Assembly: GCF_963921235.1 (NCBI RefSeq)
Contig: NC_086097.1
Coordinates: 113,090,001-113,154,000 of the forward strand
Length of the DNA: 64,000 nucleotides
Direction of reading: 5' to 3'
Origin: Mobula hypostoma
Taxonomy: Eukaryota
The translations under genes and the position numbers were made by a program. This document shows, piece by piece, positions 49,931 to 60,829 of this stretch (its first letter is position 1; each line of letters opens with the position of its first letter). Under the pieces are notes generated by a model, which was not told where the DNA came from, made no database searches, and saw nothing but the letters and a program-made list of their open reading frames with translations.

Positions 49931-51165
49931 TGTTTGCAACCTTCCAATCCTTTGGAACTTCTCCCGTTCCAATTGATGATGGAAAGATCATCGCCAGAGG
50001 TTCAGCAATCTCCTCCCTCGCTTCCCACAGTAGCCTGGGGTATACCTCGTCTGGTCCCGGTGACGTATCTAATTTAATACCTTTTAAAAGCTCCAGCCCA
50101 TCCTCTTTCGCAATGTCTATACACTCAAGCGTTTCAATCTGCTGTAACTCATCCCCACAATTGTCAGGGTCCTTTTCACTGGTGAATACTGAAGCAAAGT
50201 ATTCATTACGTACCTCCGCTACCTCCCTTGTAATTTTCTAGAGCTCTAACAGTACCTAGTTAGTTGAACCTTTTGTAAGCTTTTCTTTTCTTCTTGACTA
50301 TATTTTCTACATCCTTTGTACACCATGGTTCTTTTATCCTACCATCCTTTCCCTGCCTCAATGGAACATACCTGTGCAGAATGCCATACAAATGTTCCCT
50401 GAACATTTGCCACATCTCTGCCGTGCATTTCCCTGAGAACATCTGCTCCCAATTTATGTTCCCAAGTTCCTGCCTAATAGCATCATATTTCCCCCTACAC
50501 CAATTAAATGTTTTCCCAAATTTTCTGCTCCTATCCCTCTGTAGCGCTATGTAAAGGAGATAGAGCTGTGATCACTACCTCCAAAATGCTCTCCCACCGA
50601 GAGATCTGACACCTGACCAGGTTCATTTCCCAATACCAGATCAAGTACAGCCTCTTAATTGAGTTATCTACATATTACATCAGGAAACCTTCCTTAATGC
50701 ACCTAACAAACTCCACCCCATCTAAACCCCTTGCTCTAAGAAGATGCCAGTCAATATTAGGAAATTTAAAATCACCCATCACAACAACCTTATTATTATT
50801 GCACCATTCCAGAATCTGCCTCCTTATCTACTCCTCAATGTCTGCTTTACTATTGGGGGGTCTATAAAAAACACCTGGTAGAGCTATTGCTCCTTCCTGT
50901 TTCTGACTTTCACCCACGTTGACTCAGTAGACAATCCTTCCATGACATCCTCCTTTTCTGCAGCCATGATTAGCAGTGCCTTTCCTCCACCTCTTTTGCC
51001 TTCTTCCCTGCCAGGCTTTAGATGTTTTGTGGCCATTCCTGTCCCTGAGTCATCCAAGTCTCCATAATGGCCACAACTATAGTTCCACGTATTGAGCCAC
51101 ACTCTAAGTTCATCTGCCTTTCTTATGATACTCCTTGCATTAAAATAGACACATCTCAGCCGCTC
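49930..51165 (-). mobile_element. CR1 ORF2 N-terminal (endonuclease) fragment
   Basis: LRCVYFNARSIIRKADELRVWL; YVPLRQGKDGRIKEPW. Confidence 0.85.
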
Positions 51166-51167
51166 TC

Positions 51168-52698
51168 CCCCGGATTCGAAACGGCATTGCTTTAACACGT
51201 GCCTGTGAGCAGCCGTTTGCAAGATGAGTTCTTTTCTTTTTCAATCTTTTTATTAATTTCATAAAATGAAAACATAATAAAACAAAAATACAAGTAGTAG
51301 GAGATACATTGTTACAGTTAAAATGAGTAATTGTAAAACCATATAGTATAAATTGAGATGAGTTGAGTTGAGTTGAGCAAGATGAGTTCTAAGGTATCGG
51401 AAAAGCCTAAAAGAGCTCGTAAGGGTGTTACACTTTGCGTAAAACTAGACATAATTAAGCATTTCAATCATGGTGAATGAAGTAAGGACAAAGTGAGTTT
51501 GGCTTGTGGAAGCTGACGAACATGATGTTGAAGAGGTTTTGGCATCCCATGACCAAGAACTGATAGATGAAGAGCTGATGCAATTGGAAGAGGAAAAGAT
51601 AACAATTGAAACTGAATACAGTAGTGAATGGACTGAAAGTGAAGTCGTCCAGGAACTGAACGTGATGCAGCTACGTGAGATTTTCGCTGCAATGATAAAG
51701 TACGACTTTAATTTTGAAAGGGTACGTAGGTTTAGGGGATATTTGCAGGATGGTTTGAGTCCTTACAAAGAACTGTATGATAGAAAAATGCACGAGGCTC
51801 AGCAGTCAAGCAAGCCTTCCGCATCAGCCACATCAGACTACAAACCTCGACCTTCGACTTCGAGGCAGGCAGTCATAGGAGAAGATGAGATGCCTACTCT
51901 AATGGAAACAGACAACCAGATGACACCTCAGTGTCCCACCACCCCGCGATTCGCAGAGAATGCAGCGGTAGCCGGGAGGCACACAGCACATCTTTAAGAA
52001 AAAAGCCGAAACAAACATGCTAATTAATTAGGTGCCGCCCGACACGTAATTAATTAGCATGTTTATTTCGGCTTTTTTCATAAAGATGTGCTGGATGCCT
52101 CCCGGCTACTGCTGTACCCCTGCATGCTTCGCAGTTCGGTATCTGTCGGCAGCCTGGAGGGTGGGGGCCACTGCACCACCCCAACCTGTGACGACTCAGT
52201 CAAACACACCGTCATCAGTGTGCTCGGCACTGAACCAGTTCCGGTAAGTGATACTACACTGTATATACATTATTTCTACTTTATATAGGCTATGTATTTT
52301 TACGTGTTATTTGGTATGATTTGGCAACTTCATAGCTTAAAGGTTACTGGAGAGCGCTTGTGCCGTGTTTTTGCCAACAGCACTTGCGTCAGATTTTCTG
52401 CGAACGCGCTTGCGCAAAATTTTTGCTACAGAGAACAGTGCAGTATTGATTGTGGAAAAGTATTTCTAGTTTATCTAGGCTGTGTACTTATCATATCATT
52501 CCTGCTTTTACTATATGTTACTGTTATTTTAGTTTTTATGTGTTATTTGGCATGATTTGGTAGGTTATTTTTGGGTCTGCGAATGCTCACAAATTTTTCC
52601 CATATAAATAAATGGTAATTGCTTCTTTGCTTTACAACATTTCGGCTTACGAACCATTTCATAGGAACGCTCCACCTTCGGATGGCAGGGGAAACCTG
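51168..52698 (+). mobile_element. Internally deleted Tigger/pogo DNA transposon (left end missing)
   Basis: N-terminal MSSKVSEKPKRARKGVTLCVKLDIIKHFNHGE (HTH-psq-like) lies just before the C-terminal DVEEVLASHDQELIDEELMQLE...YKELYDRK. Right TIR ...ggggaaacctg + TA (52699-52700). Confidence 0.85.
51233..51376 (-). mobile_element. Short poly(A)-tailed (L1-like) insertion
   Basis: T-rich tail and tttatt on +; 14-bp TSD gcaagatgagttct (51219-51232 / 51377-51390). Confidence 0.75.
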
Positions 52699-53013
52699 TA
52701 ACCTCTTTGAAGTGCTCTGCTCCCAATGTTGATTGGACCTCTGGAATTTGAGCTGAAATAGGAGATACCATTGGCCTAGAGTAGCCATATACACACTGTG
52801 GCCATAAGAATAGGTCGGAAGCTAGAAATCCAGCAGAAAACGACACACCTCCTGACTCCCCAAAGACTGATACCCATCTACAAGACTCATGTCAGGAATG
52901 AGATAGAATACACTCCCCTTGACTGGATAAATGGCAGCTTCAACAACAATCAAGAAGCTCAACGCCATTCAGGATATAAAAGCCCACTTCTGGCTTCTTC
53001 CCCTCTCCTTTCC

Positions 53014-53050
53014 AGTCCTGATGAAGAGTCTCAGCCTGAAACATCAACTG
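53014..53050 (+). ncRNA. Minimal hammerhead ribozyme-like motif in a pLTR (decayed)
   Basis: cagtc-CTGATGA-agagtctcagcct-GAAA-catc-aactg: both core boxes are intact; stems carry mismatches consistent with CpG decay. Confidence 0.55.
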
Positions 53051-53389
53051 TCTGTTCCTTTCCATAGATGCTTCCTGACCTGCTGGGTTCCTCCAGCTTT
53101 TTGTGTGTGTTACTCATGACATAGCAGCCCACTTGATGGGCAACCTGTACACATCACTCAGTCATTTCTGACACAAAGTTGTAGCAATTTGTACCATCTA
53201 CCGAACCTCACCAAGAATCCTTACAAAGCAATAAGCTCCACCAACTAGAAAGACAAAGGCAGCAAAAACACCTGACCACTACAAGCTGGAACTTGCCCTC
53301 CATGCCATACACTATCTTGGCTTGGAAATATATCATTGTTTCTTCACCATTATTGGGTCAAATTCCTGGAGCTCACTCCCTAATACCAT

Positions 53390-53777
53390 TGTAGTGACAA
53401 AACCAAACCAAAACCAAAACAATTGCCACCGCCTGCGATCCTACGGATTTGTTATACTTGCATGACATGCCCTCTCTCTAATAGTGATTACTCCAAACGT
53501 TGAATCCTTTATTAGCAATTAGCAAACATAAAATCTTGAAGCGATGAAACTTAAATGTACTCAGTGTAAGCTAAGTGTGATTGAGTATTGTTGATCATCA
53601 GCAAAAGATGTGACATCCGCTGGTCTCCAGCTACTACAAAACTGCCCAGAACAAAGCATGAAGATATAACCTACTCCTTGTGCTTTTACCGCACCCTCAC
53701 TCATGTGACTAGTTACCTTAATATACATAGTAAACGCACAACAGAGAGAACAATGTAGATAGAGCGATGTTCCTACA
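53390..53777 (-). mobile_element. Solo LTR (388 bp)
   Basis: tgtag...ctaca termini; perfect 5-bp TSD ACCAT (53385-53389 / 53778-53782); AATAAA on the minus strand near 53508. Confidence 0.8.
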
Positions 53778-54651
53778 ACCATTGTGGGTATCCCACCACC
53801 TTCAAAAACTACAGAGGTTCAAGAAGGCAGCTCACTGCCTCCTTCTCAAGTGCAATTAAATGCTGGCATGAATGGATAAAAGAAAAATCTGGAATATATG
53901 CTGCAGGCTTCGTTGTGTTTTGGTGATGAAGATAGTGGCACTATTTTCATTGCCAACTCAAATAGTTATGGTATGAGGCGAACTTCCCAAATACATAGCA
54001 CGGAGTTTTGCTCATATTTTCATTCACCATAGTATGAATAGTCCTGATAAAGGGACCCTGCCTGATACGTCAACTGTTAATTCCCCTCCATAGATGCTGC
54101 CTGATTTGTTGAGTTTCTTCAGTGTTTGTGTTTGTTACTCTGGATTTCCAGAATCTGCAGAATCTCAATGTTTATCAGTGGTGTTTAGTCTGTTACCAAA
54201 GTCAACTTTCTCACATTTTGGCGAGAATTTTTACACTGATTATTATTCCCAAGAACCAAGCAAAAGTCTTGCCAGTAAGCGCACCTTTTGCAGACAATAT
54301 CTCACAGGTAGTCATCTTAAAGTTCTTCTTGTTACCAAGACTTGTGACTCAACTGTTTCGGTGACTCAGAGTTCATCTTGGAAAGAGCAAAATGCTTTAA
54401 ATATCCCCTCTTTGATTAGAAGGAATCACATGCTCTTTCAATTTGTGACATGTAAAGCAGCCAGCCCTCACCATTAAATTTATTCAAACTGTGAAGTACA
54501 ACCAGGGCCCCTCAACTCAAAGTCAATCATTATCCAAGATTTAAATAACTATAAGACACAGTCACGAATTCCTAACCAATGTTTAACGCCTGTGGAAGTG
54601 GAAATGGGCTAGCGAGAATTCTAGATTTATATTTCAAAAACCACAAACATG

Positions 54652-55573
54652 CACTCGATGGCCACTTTATTAGGTACAGGAGGTACCTAATCAAGCAGCC
54701 ACTGAGTGTGTGCCCATGGTGTCCTGCTGCTGTAGGCCATCTTCTTCAAGGTTCGATGTGTAGTGTGTTCAGAGCTGCTCTTCTACACGCCTGTTGTAAC
54801 TCATGGTTATTAGAGTGACGCCCTTCTCCCTGTCAGCGTGAACCAGTCTGGCCATTCTCCTCTGACCTCTCTCATTAACCAGCCATTTTCACCCACACAA
54901 CTGCCACTCACTGGATGATTTTTTTTTGTATTTCACACCATTATATGTAAACACTGGAGGCTATTGTGTGTGAAAATCCCAGGAAATCAGCAGTTTCTGA
55001 GATAGTCAAGCCACCCATCAGGCTTCAGCAATCATTCCACAGTCAGAACCACTTGGATCACATTTCTTCCCCATTCCCCAATCATGTGCCCGCAACGCAA
55101 TGCATAAAAGAATGCTGACAAGGTCAAAAAGTTCAATTGTTATTCAGACTAAACATCAGAATGGGGAAGAAATGTGATCTATGTGACTTAGATCGTGGAA
55201 TAATTGTTGGTGCCAGATGGGTTGGTTTCAGTATCTCAGAAAATGCTGTTCTCTTGGGATTTTCACACATAACAGTCTCTAGAGTTTCAGGAGAATGGTG
55301 TGAAAAACATCCAGCTATCAGCAGTTCTGTGGGCAAAAGCACAGAGGTCAGAGGAGAATGGCCAGACTGGTTCAAGCTGACAGGAAGGTGACACTAGCTC
55401 AAATAACCACATGTTACAACAGTGGCGTGCAGAAGGGCATCTCTGAATGCACAACATGTCTAACATTGAAGTGAGCGAGCAACGGCAGCAAAAGACCATG
55501 AGACTATGAACATACTTTATTAATAAAGCGGTGGCTACTTTATTAGGTACAGGTGGTAAGTGGCCACTGAGTG
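54652..55573. mobile_element. Two Tc1-like deletion derivatives in inverted orientation
   Basis: Minus copy 54652-55076 and plus copy ~55078-55573 (MGKKCDLCDLDRGIIVGARWVGFSISENAVLLGFSHITVSRV). Outer TIRs cactcgatggccact / agtggccactgagtg + TA. Confidence 0.85.
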
Positions 55574-56894
55574 TAAAGTCTGACATGTCTGCACAATCAC
55601 CCAAGTCTCTTTATTTTTGTCTGCAAGTAAGAAAGACGCATTTTCAGCAACCATGATTTCTAAATCAAATTCAGGTCAACAATGTGTGAACATAGTGATA
55701 GAAAATCTAAGTGTTTCAGTGTAGCAAGATTAAAGTTAGAGTAGACTATACTTTGATAGTGGCTTCTGTGTACTACAAATGTGATAATAGAATGTTTATA
55801 GAAGTTACCAATGCACATGCAAGCACCATGTATAAGTAAAACAATTGGGTCAAAGACCCTGTACTGGTCTAAATTCTATTTTCTACATCCTCTGTTCTAA
55901 ATCAGCCATGATAGAATTGCGGAGCAGACTCGATGGGCCAAATGGCCTGCTTTTGTTCCTATATCTTGCAAACTGATTATAATATCATTGTTCACACTTG
56001 CTCACACCAGTTTTATGCAGCTCTGCACACTGAGATATACAAAACAGAATGCTTTAAGGAGTCATGCCAAACATTTTGCTAGTACATTCTTTCTTCTGGA
56101 AAGTTGTTCATTCAATTGTCATTCCATCTGCTCCTGGTTCACTTCTGTCATTCTGGCATTACGTGTGAGTTACTAGCAATTCTTAGGCCACACAGCAACA
56201 GCTCACCAGTGGACCTGCTCATTTGTTGGAGCTTAAGTTTACACATTTAACAAGTTACATACAGTATATCAATAAATGAACCTTTGAAAGGAAATGAAAG
56301 AAAGATTCAGAGATTCACAACCCTGAGATTCGTCTTCCCACAGACAGCCATGAGACAAAGAAACATCATGAATCACATTCAAAGAAAAGTATCAAACCCC
56401 AACATACAAAAAAGAGAAAATCGCGTAAACGGCAAAAAAACAGTGAAAAAAAACACAGAATACAAAAACATCAAACCACAAAGCAATTGAAGGGATTCTC
56501 ACTGTTATGAGTAACTGCAGAGTGATGCTAAATGTCTAACAGAGGTGAAAGAGTGTTGGCTTCATGAACTCTTACAAAGGATAGTATTTATGTTAACATA
56601 TAATAAATAAAAGGAACTGGTTCTGTGAAAGAGCTTTGAGATATGCATTCCACTCAAGTGCAAACCACTGCCAGCTTTATGCATTCAGACCTCTTTGCTA
56701 TCCCAACTACGCATATATCCATGATTTCTAAGGACGGTTCCTGGATGAAGGACCAGATTTTCAGATTTTTGGAAAGACTTTAATCAATAAACTGCAAACT
56801 ACTTCTAAACAGTCAGACTGCCAAAACAGGGTGAATCAGATCAGATTTTGTCCTTTACATTAGGTTTTGGGGGTTTCTTGAGAACACAGTGCTT

Positions 56895-57230
56895 AGAGTC
56901 ACAAAACACTACAGCACCAAACAGGTCCTTCAGCCCATCCTGTCTGAGCCAAAGCATGAATGCAGCTTGTCCCATCAATCTGGACCCAGACCATACCCTG
57001 TTATACCACTCCCATCCATGCATGTATCCAGATTTCTCTTAAATGTTGCAATCAAATTAGCATCCACTACTTCCACTGGCAGCTCGTTCCACACTCTCAC
57101 CACCCTCTGAGTGAAGAAGTTCTCCTTAATACATTTCACCTTTCAACTTTAACCCAAGCCTCGAGTTCCAGTCTCACCCAACCTTATTGGAAAAGGCCTG
57201 CTTGTATTTACCCTGTCTATACCCCTCATG
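56895..57230 (-). mobile_element. CR1 3' fragment
   Basis: Similar to 33050-33330 and 63590-64000. Confidence 0.75.
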
Positions 57231-57639
57231 ATGATACCTGATAAAAAGAAATTTATGGTCACTCCAGTGATAACTTCACTGCCAGAGGCAATCTTCTATT
57301 TATATGCACAGCCGCCCGGTTCCAGATGGCATCTGCTTTTTATTGCATGGCGAATGGTAAAAATGTGACAGCTTGCCTCAACAAGCTCATATAATTGAAC
57401 CAGGTCATCAGGTATGTGTAAGAAAACTTGTGAGTTTTGACTCAGTAGTCTCTGACACAAAGAAACCAAAGCATTCAGGAAGTTTCAAGGAAACCTTACA
57501 TTGTTAAACAGCTGATAAATACAAAGCAACCAAAAATAATCAGAAATGGCACTGGCAGAACAGAATGGCAGTGTATCCAACAAGATAAACGAAACTACAT
57601 GGAGCACCAATACAGTGAGAGAACAAACTTCTATCGGTG

Positions 57640-58430
57640 GTCAGGCTTTATAAAGCAGCAATAACCTTGCACTCAACATCAGTAAGACCAAAGAATTGAT
57701 TGTGGACTTCAGAAGGGGTAAGATGAGGGAACACAAGCCAATCCTCATAGAGGGATCAGAAGTGGAAAGAGTGAACAGGTTGAAGTTCCTGGATGTCATT
57801 ATCTTTGAGGATCTATCCTGGGCCCAACATATAGATGCAGTTATTAAGAAGGCTAGACAATGGCTATATTTCATTAGGAGTATGAGGAGATTTGGTATGT
57901 CACCAAAGACACTTGCAAATTTCTACAGATGTACAATGGAGAGCATTCTAACTGGCTGCATCATCATGATGGATTAGGGTTGGCGGGGGGGGGGGAGTTA
58001 CTGCACAGGATTGAAATAAGCTGCATAGAGTTGTTTTCTCAGTCAGCTCCATTGTGAGCACCAGCCTCCATAGTATCCAGGACATCTTCAAGGAGCGATG
58101 CTTCAAAAAGATGGCATCCAACATTAACGATCCCCATCACTCAGGTCATGCCCTGTTCTCATTACATCAGAAAGGAGGTAAAGGGGCCGGAAGGCACACA
58201 CTCAACGATTCAGGAACAACTTCTTCCTTCTCCATCTGATTTCCGAATGGGCATTCAACCCATGAACCCTACCTCACTGCTTTTTTAAATTTTTATTTTT
58301 GCACTACTTATTTAACTATTTAAGATATATATGTATACTTACTGTGTCACAGTTATTGCATTGTACTGCTACAGCAAGGACAATAAATTTCATGACATAT
58401 GCCAATGATATTAAATCTGATGCTGATTCT
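57640..58430 (+). mobile_element. Rex1/Babar 3' fragment
   Basis: IVDFRRG...LKFLDVIIFEDLSWAQHI...FYRCTMESILTGCI; tail aaatctgatgctgattct. Confidence 0.85.
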
Positions 58431-58449
58431 CACTTTAGAGATTATGATG

Positions 58450-59341
58450 CATCTACTTCATGGGACAATTGTCCTGCCATTTGGCCCAGTCAGCTAGACA
58501 TTGCCACACTACTTGTCCTTCGTGGAAAGGGTCTTCCAGACCAACACCTTTCACCATAAATCCATCAGGCAGAGGTCAGCACGGAATGTTTGGCAGACAC
58601 TCCAGGAGAAGATTTGAATGGGCACATTGGGGTGGTTCCCTGAGCAGACAATCTGGGCCGCCTGACAGAATTCCTCATCACCAGACCTCCCCAGCAGCCA
58701 CCAAGTCCTTGCCTGGTTGGCTGTGAGGGCCTTCCCAGTCTGATCCTTCCTGCATGCCTGGACAATCATTCCCGTGGGGTCAAGATGGTTGCTCATTTCT
58801 TTGTGAAACGTGGGTTTGTGATGAGGGTGTGGGGAAAGATGCCACGACTTGTGTCATGGTTAATCCTGAACAGCTGTGCGACAGAAGACTCTCTGATCTA
58901 CAAGCTGTAGCCAGGGGCACACACAGCTGAACATCAAGTGCTGCTGGCAGATCATCAACTTGGTGAAAGATGGCCTTTGGTCTTCCTTAAGCTTGTTGTT
59001 GTGCCGGAACATAGAGATGTCCCTAGAGGAATAACACTGGCTGGCATATTCCACACTGCAAGAGTACGTGCTGAGGAACGCACTGAAGCTTGGTGCAAAC
59101 ACAAGGACTTGTTGGGAAAGGTCTACAGTATAGGGTTCTTCTGCGACTGGAGAGATGGGTGTGGAAGCCCACAATTATTGTAGTCGTGTATCACCCCAAA
59201 TGGTTACATGAGTGGCAACAATATTTTTGCAATCAAACGCAACTTAAAGCATTGACAATCGATGTAAGAATGTAAAGACATTGCACAGTTTATTTTTATA
59301 AATTTTCTTATTATGAATAAAGTTTATTCTGATATTAAAAA
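58450..59341 (+). mobile_element. Tx1/L1-clade LINE 3' end
   Basis: Frame CCWQIINLVKDGLWS...LQEYVLRNALKLGA, followed by aataaa and an A-rich end. Confidence 0.65.
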
Positions 59342-60829
59342 GTTGTTTTGCTTTTGCTTTATTCCAATAATACCAGGGAGTGGGACTGACTGCTTGGTAC
59401 ATTCAATCTTTATCATTTTGCAACGTTTTCATGACTTATCCTCTTATGGATTGAAGATATGATTCCTTGGAAAATGATTTCTCATAGATCTTTGGCATAA
59501 ATTTTCAAAGTCTGTGCACAACTTGTGTTGCTCTCAGCAATAGATGAAGAAATTACATCCAGTGTTTATGTGGTTTGAATAAGACTATTGCCACATGCGT
59601 CTGTCCACAATACTTCATGTATGTTAAGAAAACACCTCTACAAATACACTTAAGAGTGATGCTGACAGATACTGTAACTTCATCTTATCCACAAAAACAA
59701 TGGGAAGATGAATACCATTTCTAATAGCTTACTGCTGACACACTACAAGACTTTGAAAATTTATGCTTATAATTCTGTGAGAAACTATTTTCCGAAGAGT
59801 CATATTTTCAGGCATTGAACTCAATTCACTGCAAAATATTGCAGAATTGATTTATATGTACATTTTATTTCTACATATTTACCCATATGGCAGTATTCAC
59901 ATTCCACAATGGCTTTCATCTTCCTCTTTTTCAAAAACACCTTTATATCACATCTTTGTGAGAAAGAAGTTGCTGAAATTGCATATAGAGTAAAACAGAA
60001 AACACACTCTCCTGATGTGATCACAGTGATTGATTTTCTAGCCATCCCGACAAAAAGACAATAGAGGTTGTCAGATTGTATACTTAAAAGACTCATCAAA
60101 ACGGTGGGGCTGCTAGTAATCCTCACCCAAATATAACTTAAGTTCCATCTGCTTGTACAGATTATCTGCCAAGTTAAAATTCAAAGATTGATATTTTCTT
60201 GAGGAGTGACATGGATTTCAACCAGCTACAGGGTATCACATAGAGAACCTATGGGATGACAATATCTACAAGCCGATGAAAGACTTCCATACCTCTAAGG
60301 GATTAAGAACTGCTACAAAATTGATATCATTGGCTTCCTAAGCTGTTCTTAAAAAAACTGTATCTTGTTATAGATGGAATTATGATATAGATTTTCCTGT
60401 TTCTGAAATGATTATCATGTTACTGATGAGTTTCAGTCTGGCCAGAACTTGTCAGTTGCTTAATAATGCTTGTGCTCCACTTGTTATACATATCGCTGTA
60501 TGACAACCTCAAGAGAAGTGCAGGCAGCAGCCAATCACCCGACATGGCAGTTTTTAACCCCAGTGAAGTTTTCAACTAAATCTACCAGGGGGGGCTGTGG
60601 AGACATCCCCTCAAAGTTGGTTGTACACAGATGTTCACCTTTGTCTTACATTTGCTTCATGATGGCAACTAAAGAGTTTACAATATAGCCAAGCTCATGT
60701 CTTTGATGTGAAATATTAACTCAGTTTCTCTTTCCAACGACACTGTCTGATCTGCTGGGTATTCTGTTTTTAACGCAATCACAGAGAAGGTAAGTGTCAA
60801 TTAAGATGTTTACTTGTCCCAGAACATTT

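Larger units (their letters stand above)
52720..53870 (+). mobile_element. Old CR1/L2-like LINE 3' part with nested pLTR (52990-53115) and solo LTR
   Basis: HLLTPQRLIPIYKTHVRNEIEYTPLDW. The pLTR is flanked by a duplicated agcccactt. Confidence 0.65.

Noticed and set aside
51506..51997. 163-aa acidic ORF as a novel or domesticated TIGD-like gene
   Set aside because: C-terminal remnant of an internally deleted Tigger lacking the DDE domain; no ATG at the ORF start, and the upstream N-terminal piece has a stop.
59821..60126. 101-aa ORF / possible exon (likewise ~47080-47190 on +)
   Set aside because: Splice-like sites are present but the peptides are unrecognisable and expected by chance.
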